DNA of 64,000 bases from an uncultured Lachnospiraceae bacterium (GTDB taxonomy: Bacteria; Bacillota; Clostridia; Lachnospirales; Lachnospiraceae): NCBI GenBank assembly GCA_947168905.1, contig CAMVNR010000002.1:1898-65897 (forward strand), in the 5' to 3' direction. The position numbers and the translations under genes were made by a program. The notes beneath the pieces were generated by a model. It was not told the origin of the DNA. It searched no databases and saw nothing but the letters and a program-made list of their open reading frames with translations. Positions within the stretch are counted from its first letter, which is position 1; the number at the start of each line of letters is the position of its first letter. Positions 54,320-64,000 of this stretch are shown in pieces.

Positions 54320-54397
54320 AAAATCGTTCCGGAAAAGAAACGGATCAAAATGGAAAGGGGGCTTTTAAGGCTCCCTTTTCAGGAGGAAATATAAAGT

Positions 54398-57300
54398 ATG
54401 AAGAAGTACACAGCAGTGTGGTGCCTGGTGGCAGCCCTACTTTTTTCGGCAGTATCCTGCAGGAAGTCTGCCGGGACCCCGGATCTCCGGGCGCCGGAGA
54501 GTGCTGCCGGCATAAATAGCACTGTGAGCGAAGAGGCGGAAGCGTCATTTCCGGCTCCGGACGAAGAGAATCTTACAGCCGAAGACGATCCTGAGGACGA
54601 AGACGACCTTACGGACGGCCGTCCGGAAGAGCCTGAAACCTCCCCGGCGGGAGAAGACAGCGAATTTTCGCGCGCACTGGCGAAAAAGAATCAGGAATAC
54701 CGGGAAGAGGATACAAATCTTACCGGGATACGGATTGAACCCTGTGCGAAAAAGGTCTGGACCGTCATGGTTTACATGATCGGCTCGAACCTGGAGAGCT
54801 CTCTGGGCGCCGCAAGCAGTGATCTTTCCGAGATGACAGAGGCGGGAATCAACTTTGAAAGGAGCAACCTCGTCGTCTATACGGGCGGCAGCGCGCGCTG
54901 GCAGTCGGATATTCCCTGTGACCGGAACAGCGTCCTGGACCTTTCCAAAGAAGGGAAGGACCGGATGGTGGCGTCGACGGAAAAGAACGCCGATATGGGC
55001 GCAAAGGAGACGCTCGCGGGCTTTGTGAATTTCTGCAGTGAATACTACCCTGCAGAGCACACCGCACTCATTCTGTGGGACCATGGCGGCGGCCCTTTGT
55101 GGGGCTACGGGTCGGACGAGTTATTCTCCGGCGACGGACTGCTTCTTTCGGAGATGGAGCTTGCGATGAACGCGACGGAGTATTCCGGGCTTCGCAGCCT
55201 CGACTTTGTCGGCTTTGATGCCTGTCTGATGGGCTGTCTCGAAAATATGATGCTCTGGTCTCAGTTTGCGGATTACATGGTCGCATCCGAAGAGCTGGAG
55301 CCCGGCGACGGCTGGGACTACGGGTTTTTGAAGCTTCTGAACGAAAGCGATGACCCTGTCACGGTCACCTCCGGGATTGTCAGCTGCTTCCGGGACTATT
55401 ATGCCGCGAAAAAAACCGATTATTACAACCCCGACCTGACGCTTTCGGTCTGTGATCTTTCCCGCGTCCAGCCACTGGTGCATGCCGTGTCGGATACGGC
55501 CCTTCAGATGTCGGAAATGCTCGGAAGAGGCGCTTACCAGACGCTCGCCCAGGTCCGCATGGACGCCCGAAGCTTCGGCCGGACTCAGGGCTCAGGGGAA
55601 GAAGGAGCGGGCGATGACTACGATCTCGTGGATATCGGAAGCCTGTTTACGTATCTTGCCGAAGAAACCGGAGAGCCTGCCGGCGAAAGTCCGGTCCTGA
55701 AGGCGCTTTCAGAGCTTGTCATCTGCAGCTATTCCAATATGGATCAGGCAAACGGTGTCAGTCTGTACTATCCCCAGCGGAACCGCCGGCAGTATTACGA
55801 TATGCGTGAAGTATATGAGGCTCTGTGGAGAAATACGGCATACAGGAATTACCTGAGGGCTGTCGGAAATGTCTGGCAGAGCGCCGAAAGAAAGGACTGG
55901 AGCATCCTGCCGGATGCGTCCGGAGAAGAGGAATATACGATTCTTCTTACCGATGAGCAGCAGGAGGAAATGATCTCGGCGCATTACAGCGTCCTTCTAT
56001 CGGAGCACCCCGGCCAGTACCGGCCGATCCTTCTGGACTGTGAAATCCGTCCGGACAAGGAGGGCATCCTGCATCTTTCAAAGGACCCTTCGCTGATGGC
56101 GCTTCACTCCGGGACCGATGTGGAACTCTGGCCGGCGGCCCAGTCGGAAAGCACAAAAAAGCGGCGCATTTATCAGACGAAGAACACCACCCTCTGTGCG
56201 AGCGGAGTGTATTTCTACAGCCGGTACAATGTCGACCGCGATTATGTGACCGTTGTCCTGCAGGAGGACGTAAAAACGGAAGACCTCAGCATCCAGACGG
56301 TCAACAGCTTTTCGGGGGATTACACCGTCGACGGACGGGAGAATATCAATGTCGAGAGCTATGACGCGATCTGCTATGAATATTCCGAACTCATTCCGAC
56401 CTACGGCCCGGACGGCGGACTTCTTGGCGTCTCTTCCTGGAAAACCGGAGATTATACGGGAAAGATCAGCCTGAACCTCCTGGAATCCTTCGGATTTGAA
56501 AAGATACACAGCTCGGATTTCTCCGGAAAGCTGTATTATGTTGTCAGTATCACCGATGTCAACGGCAGTGAATATCTGACGGAGCCCTTCCCGATCGAAC
56601 CGATGCGAAAGTATGAGATCGTACGCGAAGAAACACCGGAAGGACTTTTCACAGCGGCAGTGTACCCGGATCACGCCGAACTGCTTTCCTACGAAGGAAC
56701 GGACCCGGAACTGGAGATCCCGGAAACTTTTGGCGGCGCGCCGCTCACGGTGATCGGCCCGAAAGCCTTCTTCAAGCGCATCAGCATGGATTATGTCGGC
56801 GCCGGCGAGCACTACCCGCTGAAGAAAGTGACGATTCCGGATACCGTGACCCAAATCGCGCACGCTGCCTTCTATATGTGCGCCGATCTTGAGGAAGCGG
56901 TCCTTCCGAAGAATCTTGAGACGATCGGCACCCAGGCCTTTGCCGTGTGCCTGAAACTTCCGGAAATCCGGCTGCCGGAAAGCCTGGAATCGATCGGCCC
57001 CTATGCTTTCTCGGACTGCTGGGAGCTTCGGCACATCGACCTTCCAAAGAGCGTGAAGATGATCGGAAAGGGCGCCTTTGCCTGCTGCTATGCTCTGAAT
57101 GAAATTACGCTTCCTGCGGAAAACGAAGCGTACACGGTCTGTGAAGACGGTCTCTATACCAAAGACCTGAGAACGATACTGGCCTTTCCCGCCGCGAAAA
57201 CAGGGAACTGTACGGTAAGAGAAGAGACGGAAGAAATCGGTGCGGACTGCTTTTCCGGGACGAATCTTAGCGAAGTCATTCTTCCGGAGGGGCTGAAGAA

Positions 57301-59350
57301 GATCGGAAATTATGCGTTTTATGAAAGTGTGCATCTGAAGATGCCGCTGCTTCCCGAGAGCCTTCTCGAAGTCGGCTACAATGCTTTCAGCCGTGAAATG
57401 ATGGAATTTACGGAAGAGTTTGTTCATGATAAGACGCAGGAGATCCGTATCGGGAAAAATCTGACCACCATCCGCCGCGGCGCCTTTGTCGGAATGATTC
57501 CGCGTGTTTTCTCGGTAGACCCCGAGAACCCTCATTTCACCGAAAAAGACGGCGCCCTGCTTCTTAAAAGCGGCGATTCGCTGCAGGAATTCGCGGTAGA
57601 GAAAATGCGCCTCCTCGAGGTCCCGGACGGCGTAAAAGACCTGGATACGACCATTCTTACCCAGATCGGACAGTACGATGTCTGGGTTGACAAAACGACC
57701 ACCGATGTATATCTTCCGGACAGCCTGATCCGCATTTCGGGGGTGCTTCTGTACCGGGACAGCCTGGTTTTCCACTGCAGCGAGGGCTCCACAGCGGCGC
57801 GTTTTGCGGCGGAATACGGACTTCAGAAGAGCAGCGATACCGAACCGGTCCTCGAGACGGCGGAAGTGCCGACCGAGGCAGGAAGTCTTCAGTTCTCTCT
57901 GACAGAAAGCCACGCCGTCCTGACAATGATCCTAGGGACGGACGAGGAAATCACGGTTCCAGAAGAAGTGGCGGGAAAACCGGTAACCATCATCGGCTCC
58001 GGCGAATACAGCCTCTACGGAAAGTGGGGATATTTCGATGCGGAAGGAAGGGACCTTGAGCGGAAGATCATTCTCCCGGACACGGTTGAGGTGATCGGGG
58101 ACAGGGCATTTTCGGATGTGAAGCTTTCTGAAATCAATCTGCCGGACACTGTCCGGGTCATCGGGGAAAACGCTTTCGGACTCATCCGAAAACCCCTCAC
58201 TGCGCTCCCCAAAAACCTGGAGCATCTCGGCAAGGAAGCTTTCCGGAGAGGAACCTTCGATGCGGGCAGAGAACTGGTCCTTCCGGAATCCTTAAAAGAG
58301 ATTGCCCCGGGCGCATTTTCCGGCATCCGTACAGATGCATTCAGCCTGGAAAGCGGGGCTTCCGAAGATTTCCGGATTCTTGACGGAATGCTGGTTACGG
58401 CAGACGGGAAAACGATTCTTGCGGGCGTGAGTCCGGAAAAGCTCCTTACGATTCCGGAGGGGATTGAAAAAATCGGTCCGTATGCCTTTGCGAACCAGAA
58501 TTTTACCGAACTGGTTCTTCCGGAAACGCTGCGGATCATTGAGGAATACGCATTTTCGGGCAATTTTTACCTGGAACAGGTGCACTTTGCCGAAGGCCTT
58601 CAGGAGGTCGGAGCAGGTAATTTCACTTCTGGAATTCTGGAGGAAGTCCGCCTGCCGAGAAGCTGCGAAAGCATCGGTGAAAATGCATTTTCTTCCCAGA
58701 GCAAGCTGGTTTCTGTCAGTCTGAATGCGAAAGTCATCGGGAAGAAGGCCTTCTCTTCCTGCAAAAGCCTTCGGGAAGTCGATTTCGGTGAAGAACTGCA
58801 GGATATTTCAGATGACGCCTTTCTGGACAGTGCGCCTGAGACCTTTACGCTTCCTAAGAGCCTGCGCCAGATCGGCAAAAACGTATTCGGAACGCTGTAC
58901 GGCGAACCCGGTGAGGATTCCGGAAAGGATCGTAAGGCACGGATACTTCGTATTCCGGAAAACGTGCGGGAGATCGGGGAGAACTGCTTCTCGGCGCTTG
59001 AAATCAGCGGATACGAGGCAGCAGAGGAAAGCGAAAGCTTTTCATCGCCGGAGGGCCTTCTCACGGATAAAGCAGAACGGGTGCTTCTTTCCTGCCCGAC
59101 CGGAATCGGCGGGCTGATCACGCTTCCGGAATCCGTCTTTGAGATCCGGAGTACCGCCTTTGCCTGGTGCCACAATCTGTCGGGCATCGTGATTCCGGAT
59201 ACGGTGGAAGTCATCCGCCCCTTTGCATTTTCGGATCAGAAGTATTCCGTACAGGGAGAGAAAATCCTGCTTTACTGCAGGAAAGACAGTCCGGCCGCCC
59301 TGTGGGCTGCGGAAAATGACTGGCCATGGGACGAAAGACAAGAACAGTGA
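54398..59350 (+). CDS. Lipoprotein: clostripain-like C11 cysteine peptidase domain fused to a long array of BspA-type leucine-rich repeats
   Basis: Lipobox LLFSAVSC. C11 hallmarks WTVMVYMIGSNLES, ILWDHGGG (His) and VGFDACLMG (Cys). Over 1000 aa of repeats of the form IPxxVxxIGxxAFxxCxxLxxI. Confidence 0.85.
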   Translation: MKKYTAVWCLVAALLFSAVSCRKSAGTPDLRAPESAAGINSTVSEEAEASFPAPDEENLTAEDDPEDEDDLTDGRPEEPETSPAGEDSEFSRALAKKNQEYREEDTNLTGIRIEPCAKKVWTVMVYMIGSNLESSLGAASSDLSEMTEAGINFERSNLVVYTGGSARWQSDIPCDRNSVLDLSKEGKDRMVASTEKNADMGAKETLAGFVNFCSEYYPAEHTALILWDHGGGPLWGYGSDELFSGDGLLLSEMELAMNATEYSGLRSLDFVGFDACLMGCLENMMLWSQFADYMVASEELEPGDGWDYGFLKLLNESDDPVTVTSGIVSCFRDYYAAKKTDYYNPDLTLSVCDLSRVQPLVHAVSDTALQMSEMLGRGAYQTLAQVRMDARSFGRTQGSGEEGAGDDYDLVDIGSLFTYLAEETGEPAGESPVLKALSELVICSYSNMDQANGVSLYYPQRNRRQYYDMREVYEALWRNTAYRNYLRAVGNVWQSAERKDWSILPDASGEEEYTILLTDEQQEEMISAHYSVLLSEHPGQYRPILLDCEIRPDKEGILHLSKDPSLMALHSGTDVELWPAAQSESTKKRRIYQTKNTTLCASGVYFYSRYNVDRDYVTVVLQEDVKTEDLSIQTVNSFSGDYTVDGRENINVESYDAICYEYSELIPTYGPDGGLLGVSSWKTGDYTGKISLNLLESFGFEKIHSSDFSGKLYYVVSITDVNGSEYLTEPFPIEPMRKYEIVREETPEGLFTAAVYPDHAELLSYEGTDPELEIPETFGGAPLTVIGPKAFFKRISMDYVGAGEHYPLKKVTIPDTVTQIAHAAFYMCADLEEAVLPKNLETIGTQAFAVCLKLPEIRLPESLESIGPYAFSDCWELRHIDLPKSVKMIGKGAFACCYALNEITLPAENEAYTVCEDGLYTKDLRTILAFPAAKTGNCTVREETEEIGADCFSGTNLSEVILPEGLKKIGNYAFYESVHLKMPLLPESLLEVGYNAFSREMMEFTEEFVHDKTQEIRIGKNLTTIRRGAFVGMIPRVFSVDPENPHFTEKDGALLLKSGDSLQEFAVEKMRLLEVPDGVKDLDTTILTQIGQYDVWVDKTTTDVYLPDSLIRISGVLLYRDSLVFHCSEGSTAARFAAEYGLQKSSDTEPVLETAEVPTEAGSLQFSLTESHAVLTMILGTDEEITVPEEVAGKPVTIIGSGEYSLYGKWGYFDAEGRDLERKIILPDTVEVIGDRAFSDVKLSEINLPDTVRVIGENAFGLIRKPLTALPKNLEHLGKEAFRRGTFDAGRELVLPESLKEIAPGAFSGIRTDAFSLESGASEDFRILDGMLVTADGKTILAGVSPEKLLTIPEGIEKIGPYAFANQNFTELVLPETLRIIEEYAFSGNFYLEQVHFAEGLQEVGAGNFTSGILEEVRLPRSCESIGENAFSSQSKLVSVSLNAKVIGKKAFSSCKSLREVDFGEELQDISDDAFLDSAPETFTLPKSLRQIGKNVFGTLYGEPGEDSGKDRKARILRIPENVREIGENCFSALEISGYEAAEESESFSSPEGLLTDKAERVLLSCPTGIGGLITLPESVFEIRSTAFAWCHNLSGIVIPDTVEVIRPFAFSDQKYSVQGEKILLYCRKDSPAALWAAENDWPWDERQEQ

Positions 59351-59372
59351 ATGAATACAGGAGGAATTCAAA

Positions 59373-60260
59373 ATGATTAAAAACAAAAACTGCAACTCGA
59401 TGGACATCGCGAGGAAATACCTGGACTCGCTTGTGATTGAAGGCCGCATTCTCGGATCGGTGCATCCGTCAACGCGCTGCAGCATCCTCGGCATGGAATT
59501 CGACACGCCCGTGATGGGCGCGGCGCTCTCGCACCTTCGTCCGGGGATGGCAGGCTATGCGGAAGGCCTGAAGAACGCAAATGCATTCTGCTCCGTCGGG
59601 ATGGGGGATAATGAGGACTTCGCAAAAGTACTCGAAACCGGCGCGAAAGTGATGAAGGTGATCAAGCCCTATGCGGACCGGGAAGAAATCTTCTCAAGAA
59701 TCCGCTTTGCCGAAGAACACGGCGCTGCGGCTGTCGGGATAGACGTGGAACATGCGACAAATTCCGAGGATGACCGGGATTCTCTGGTAGCCGGCCTTCA
59801 GATGAAGCAGCCGACCCTGGAGGAGCTGAAAGAATATGTGAAGTCGACAAAGCTTCCCTTCTTCTTCAAGGGCGTCATGAGCGCAAAAGACGCGCTGACC
59901 GCAAAGGGAATCGGTGCCGCAGGAGTCATCCTGAGCCATCACAACAATATTTTCCGCTGTGCGGCGCCGCATGTGTTCCTGCTTCCGGAAATCCGCGCGG
60001 CAGTCGGTCCGGACTTCATCCTGATCGTTGACGGCGGGATCGAGGACGGCTACGACGCTTTCAAGGCGCTCGCAAGAGGCGCGGATCTCGTGTCCATCGG
60101 ACGCCCGTTCATGCCGCCCTATGAGGAAAAGGGACCGGAAGGCGTTTCAGAGACCGTGAAGGAATTCACGAACGAGCTCCGGGCGATGATGCTCAGGACC
60201 GGCTCGAAGGACCTGAAATCCATTGACCCTTCGGTGGTAAAGGAAGCGTACTGGCTGTAA
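59373..60260 (+). CDS. FMN-dependent alpha-hydroxy-acid oxidising/dehydrogenase family TIM-barrel protein
   Basis: PFFFKGVMSAKDA, GVILSHHNN, and IVDGGIEDGYDAFKALARGADLVSIGRPF (FMN phosphate-binding region). Confidence 0.7.
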   Translation: MIKNKNCNSMDIARKYLDSLVIEGRILGSVHPSTRCSILGMEFDTPVMGAALSHLRPGMAGYAEGLKNANAFCSVGMGDNEDFAKVLETGAKVMKVIKPYADREEIFSRIRFAEEHGAAAVGIDVEHATNSEDDRDSLVAGLQMKQPTLEELKEYVKSTKLPFFFKGVMSAKDALTAKGIGAAGVILSHHNNIFRCAAPHVFLLPEIRAAVGPDFILIVDGGIEDGYDAFKALARGADLVSIGRPFMPPYEEKGPEGVSETVKEFTNELRAMMLRTGSKDLKSIDPSVVKEAYWL

Positions 60261-60304
60261 GGATCTAAAATAGAAGACGCAAGAAAGCAACCGCCCGGCA
60301 GGCT

Positions 60305-60931
60305 TTACCCGGCTGTTTTTTCGAAATACACCTCCGTAAGCGCCGAAGGGAGCAGGTCTTCCGGCTTCCTGTCCGGACGGAGCCAGTCCGCGAGGGCTTC
60401 GCGCGAAAGAAGGAGAGGCATGCGGTCGTGAATGCGCCGCAGGGCGTCTGCAGGCTCCCTTGTCAGGATCACGAATTCCGGGAGTCCGTCCCGGATCCTG
60501 TAAAGGCCGCCGAGCCAGGTGATCTCTTCTCCTGCGGGCTGGATGAGGTATTTGTCTTTTGTGATGACTTTGCCGGCGGAATCCTTCAAGTGCTCCCACT
60601 CGAAATAATAGGAACAGGGCACGACACACCGGTGCGCGTTCCAGGCGTCCCGGAATGCCGGCTTTTCGGCCGCAGTTTCGACCCGCGCGTTTAAGATGGG
60701 CGGGCGTCCTTCCTGCATCCGGAAGCCAAAATGCATGGGGTAAACCTGGGCGTTTCCTTTCGGGTTTGGCGCGATTACGGCAGTGATATTGGTCGGAAAC
60801 ACCTCTCCGGAGCTGATGAGCCTTGCAGGCCCTCTCATCCGGAAGCGTTCCATTAAGACGGAATGCTCCGCCCTGCCGGTGATTTCCTGCAGCTCCTCGT
60901 TGCTTACGTCGATAAAAAACCGGGTGCACAT
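60305..60931 (-). CDS. SOS response-associated peptidase (SRAP/YedK family, abasic-site processing)
   Basis: Invariant N-terminal MCTRF (catalytic Cys2). ~208 aa, with FYEWE-like FEWEH and HDRMP motifs. Confidence 0.9.
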   Translation of the reverse strand: MCTRFFIDVSNEELQEITGRAEHSVLMERFRMRGPARLISSGEVFPTNITAVIAPNPKGNAQVYPMHFGFRMQEGRPPILNARVETAAEKPAFRDAWNAHRCVVPCSYYFEWEHLKDSAGKVITKDKYLIQPAGEEITWLGGLYRIRDGLPEFVILTREPADALRRIHDRMPLLLSREALADWLRPDRKPEDLLPSALTEVYFEKTAG

Positions 60932-61205
60932 TTTTTGATGCTTCCTTTCCCTGACAAAAAAGATGACGCGAATCGGTAGTAAACCGGAAGGTTCCGCACT
61001 TATTATACCCTCGCGCCCATCAAAAGGAAAGCTGAAAATGAGCGCGCTGGTAAGAAAAGATTAAAAGTGGATTTTACGCAGGCTGAAAGAAGAAAAAAGT
61101 GAAGGCTTCTGCACCCGGAAGGTATGGACTTTTTCTGGGAAATCAGATACAATAATACCGCATTAGGAGCATTTCACAATTCAGTTTTCATAAAGGAGAA
61201 AAAAT

Positions 61206-62624
61206 ATGTTAGTGAACACCAAAGCCAGGGTCGGCGTTTTTTCGATCTGCCACGGCCCCTACCTTCCCCAGTTCCCTCAGCTGGTTCCGGAATTCGAATC
61301 CCAGTTTGAAGCCTTCAAGAAGACGATTCCGGATACGGTCGAAATCATCGACGGCGGAATGATCTATAATAAGGAACTTGCAGAGGAAGCCGGCGAGAAG
61401 TTCAGAAAGGCCGATGTGGACCTTGTGATCATGCAGCTTCTGACGTACGCGACTTCCTACAATATGCTTCCAGCGGTCCGCGACCTGGATGTCCCGGTTG
61501 TCCTCGTGAATGTACAGAAGCTGAAAGCGCTGGATTATGACCATACCGATATCCCGACCTGGCTCGGCGAAGGCTATGCCTGCGGCGCGGTCGGCGAGAT
61601 GGTGGCGGATCTGGAGCGCCACGGCAAGCGTCACGCGGTGATTACGGGCGTCGTCGAGGGCGGCGATCCGCATGTTCAGAAGGAAATCGACGAGTGGTGC
61701 CGCGCGGCTCAGGTCAGACGCCGTTTCCGCGACACCAATATCGCGCAGATCGGCCGTCCGTATCCGGGCATGATGGATCTCTACATCGACGAGTCCAACC
61801 TCTACCGCAGAATGTTCGTCTATACCAAGCAGTTTGACTGGGAGAAAATGTGGGCGATCGCTGACGATGTCACGGACGAGGATGCGATCCGCGCGAAGGC
61901 GCAGGATATTCTCGATACCTTCGACATCGAGGGCGGCGGCTCGATTGAAGAAGTCTGGGAGATGGCGAAATACGTCGTCGCATTTGAAAAATGGGTCAAG
62001 GACGAGAAGATCGGCATGGTCGCTTCGCATTATGACGGCTTTGCACAGGGCAAGGCAGGCGTGCTTGACAGCATGCTGATCCCCGCATTCTCAATGCTGA
62101 TCAAGCAGGGCACGGCCTGCGCGGTTGAGGGAGACATGAAGGTTGCGATGGCGATGTCCATCATGAAGACCATCTCCGGCACCGGCCAGCTTTCCGAAAT
62201 GTACTCGATTGATTTCAATGACGATATCGCGATCATCGGACACTCGGGCTCCGGCGATGCGGATATCTCCGAGAAAAAGCCCACAATGAAGATTGTCAAG
62301 GTCTTCCACGGAAAGGTCGGCGGCGGATACTTAACGCAGTTCTACCCGTACCTTGGGCCGGTGACTTACCTTGCGATCACCCAGGACGGCGACGGTCATT
62401 TCAAGTTCGTCGTCGCGGAGGGCGTCAATGAGGACGGCCCGATCCTCTCGATCGGCGATACCAATATGCGCACCCGCTTCAGCTGCGGCGCAGCGAAGTT
62501 CGTGGACCTCTGGTCCGAAGCCGGCCCGACGCATCATTTCGCTGCCGGAACCGGACGTCACATCGATACGATTCTGAAGGTTGCGAAGATCCTGAACGTA
62601 CCGGTGGATATCATTACGAGATAA
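61206..62624 (+). CDS. L-fucose/L-arabinose isomerase family protein
   Basis: 472 aa. The N-terminal RVGVFSICHGPYL and overall pattern recall the sugar isomerase family. The assignment is from memory and lacks a sharp motif. Confidence 0.55.
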   Translation: MLVNTKARVGVFSICHGPYLPQFPQLVPEFESQFEAFKKTIPDTVEIIDGGMIYNKELAEEAGEKFRKADVDLVIMQLLTYATSYNMLPAVRDLDVPVVLVNVQKLKALDYDHTDIPTWLGEGYACGAVGEMVADLERHGKRHAVITGVVEGGDPHVQKEIDEWCRAAQVRRRFRDTNIAQIGRPYPGMMDLYIDESNLYRRMFVYTKQFDWEKMWAIADDVTDEDAIRAKAQDILDTFDIEGGGSIEEVWEMAKYVVAFEKWVKDEKIGMVASHYDGFAQGKAGVLDSMLIPAFSMLIKQGTACAVEGDMKVAMAMSIMKTISGTGQLSEMYSIDFNDDIAIIGHSGSGDADISEKKPTMKIVKVFHGKVGGGYLTQFYPYLGPVTYLAITQDGDGHFKFVVAEGVNEDGPILSIGDTNMRTRFSCGAAKFVDLWSEAGPTHHFAAGTGRHIDTILKVAKILNVPVDIITR

Positions 62625-62686
62625 AAACGGTTTTTCATGATCAGGGCGGAATCGCTTTAAGAAGTGAAAACCCCATTCATAAAAAC

Positions 62687-62730
62687 GCCGCGAAGCTGTT
62701 TGCAATATACAGTTTCGCGGCGCTTTTTCC
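62687..62730 (+). terminator. Rho-independent terminator
   Basis: 13-bp stem: gccgcgaagctgt (62687-62699) with acagtttcgcggc (62709-62721), including one G-U pair. It is followed by GCTTTTTCC. Confidence 0.65.
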
Positions 62731-62911
62731 GTTTTGCCGGACCTTCTCCGGAATGCTTTAGACAAACCTTCTCCGGGGGGAGGGATTCTTTCTTGCTTTT
62801 TCCGGTATATTCAGATATAATCCACTTAAAAAGAGGTACGAGGGCAGGTCCATGGAGGGCCTGAACAAAAGAAAAAGTGCTAAAAACATCATTCAGAAAG
62901 GGAAAAACAGC

Positions 62912-64000
62912 ATGAACATGAAATTATTCGTCACCGGCGGAGCGGATCTTGTAAAGCAGGTCTGCAATATCACGATGACTGACGAGAAGGACGAACCCCG
63001 CGCCCTGGAGAATCAGGTCGTCAATATCTACCCTGATTTTACGTATCAGACGATCACGGGTTTTGGCGGCGCGATGACGGAAGCGGCGGGCTATGCGCTT
63101 TCGAAGGTTTCCCCCGAAAAACAGCAGGAAATGATTGAGGCGTATTTCGGACCGGAAGGGAACGGTTATTCCGTGATCCGCACGCATATCGACAGCTCTG
63201 ATTTCTCCTGCAGCATGTATCAGGCGGTTGCGGATGTGACAAAGGACCCCAATTTTGAAACCTTTACGCTGGACCGCGACCGGAAATATATTATTCCGGC
63301 GATCAAAAAAGCCATGGAAGCGGCAGGCTATCCCATCTCCGTCCTTCTTTCTCCCTGGTCTCCGCCGGCGGAGTGGAAAACCGAGTCTGAGATGATTAAG
63401 GGCTTCCGGAAGATGGCTGATCTGAAAAAGGTGATGGCGACAGAGCAGCAGTCAGAAGAGATCAAAGAGGAAAGCCCGATGGTCCGCGCCATTATGGATA
63501 CGGTAAAGAACGCACCGACAGACGGCACGGGCACCCGCAAGTGCGGCGGCCATCTGAAGCCCGAATACTACGATTCCTGGGCCAAATACATGGCAAAGTA
63601 TGTCAAAGCCTACCTTGACGAAGGAATTCCGGTGAAATTCCTGACGGTTCAGAATGAAGCGCAGGCGGCAACTCCCTGGGATTCCTGCCAGTGGACGCCG
63701 GAAGAGGAGCATGTGTTCCTGCGCGATTATCTGTATCCGGCAATGGAGAAGGAAGGTCTCATCGGGCGCGTCGGCTTATATTTCTGGGACCACAATAAGG
63801 AAAATCTCGTGAACCGCACCCGGGTCATGATGGACGAGAAGACGGAAAAGATGGTCGAAGGCGCCGCCTTCCACTGGTATTCCGGCGACCATTTCGAGGC
63901 GGTTTCCCTTGTACACGAGCGCTATCCGAAGCTTCGGCTGATGCTGACGGAGGAATGCTGCGGATTTACCACGGACAAAGAAACCGAACTTGCGCACGGG
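62912..64000 (+). CDS. Glycoside hydrolase family 30 (glucosylceramidase-like), 3' end off-window
   Basis: Absent from the ORF track because no stop codon is reached. My translation from ATG 62912 reads MNMKLFVTGG...YPDFTYQTITGFGGAMTEAAGYAL...IRTHIDSSDF...KFLTVQNEAQ...YFWDHNKE...FHWYSGDH. It has GH30 hallmarks and is open to base 64000. Confidence 0.8.
   Translation, partial: MNMKLFVTGGADLVKQVCNITMTDEKDEPRALENQVVNIYPDFTYQTITGFGGAMTEAAGYALSKVSPEKQQEMIEAYFGPEGNGYSVIRTHIDSSDFSCSMYQAVADVTKDPNFETFTLDRDRKYIIPAIKKAMEAAGYPISVLLSPWSPPAEWKTESEMIKGFRKMADLKKVMATEQQSEEIKEESPMVRAIMDTVKNAPTDGTGTRKCGGHLKPEYYDSWAKYMAKYVKAYLDEGIPVKFLTVQNEAQAATPWDSCQWTPEEEHVFLRDYLYPAMEKEGLIGRVGLYFWDHNKENLVNRTRVMMDEKTEKMVEGAAFHWYSGDHFEAVSLVHERYPKLRLMLTEECCGFTTDKETELAHG

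Noticed and set aside
56078-57913. 611-aa minus-strand ORF
   Set aside because: It is antisense to the C11-LRR gene. The periodic LRR DNA keeps the opposite frame open.
60147-60929. 260-aa minus-strand ORF overlapping the SRAP gene in another frame
   Set aside because: The SRAP frame has the diagnostic MCTRF start and family motifs. The alternative frame is Arg/Pro/Gly-rich.
61209-62030. 273-aa minus-strand ORF
   Set aside because: It is antisense to the isomerase-family gene, which has a good RBS and a terminator.
1-64000. Search for tRNA, rRNA, CRISPR, integrase/recombinase, restriction-modification or known defence-system hallmarks
   Set aside because: I could recognise none by eye. The only mobile-element signatures are the IS3- and IS1182-family elements. 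A tRNAscan, Infernal or DefenseFinder run would be needed to exclude them formally.

Overview
GC-rich chromosomal segment. Gene content and strong GGAGG-type ribosome-binding sites suggest an anaerobic Bacillota/Clostridia-type bacterium; this is inference, since no marker rRNA lies in the window. Most of the window is ordinary housekeeping, carbohydrate-utilisation and envelope genes:
- two GH2 enzymes and a GH30 gene running off the 3' edge
- an LplABC-type sugar ABC transporter with an AraC regulator
- pyruvate kinase, membrane pyrophosphatase, BirA and BioY, SufCB, a MATE pump, two ECF sigma/anti-sigma modules, a C69 dipeptidase and an SRAP protein

I recognised no rRNA, tRNA or CRISPR array, and no classical defence or prophage hallmarks.

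The parts most worth a second look are:
1. A 5'-truncated TetM/EF-G-like translation GTPase fused to a YacP/Rae1-type NYN ribonuclease domain. It is translationally coupled to a HerA-like DUF853 ATPase.
2. An operon-like block on the minus strand: hypB-hypB-[977-aa multi-FeS/FAD flavoprotein]-hypA-[CrtI-like flavoprotein]. No Ni enzyme is visible in the window.
3. An ~860-bp diverged inverted duplication between the dipeptidase and the CrtI-like gene. It contains perfectly conserved 23-25-nt blocks and a decayed copy of the CrtI-like gene's 3' end.
4. Nested and duplicated insertion sequences: an IS3/IS150-type element sits inside a truncated IS1182-type copy, and a second, frameshifted IS1182 copy follows. 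Together they bracket the sugar-utilisation module.
5. Several unusual domain fusions: NYN/PIN-like domain plus K/E/A/P repeat tail, lipase-like domain plus YhhN-like membrane domain, and C11 peptidase plus BspA-type LRRs.

All family assignments come from reading motifs in the translations. No database search was run.
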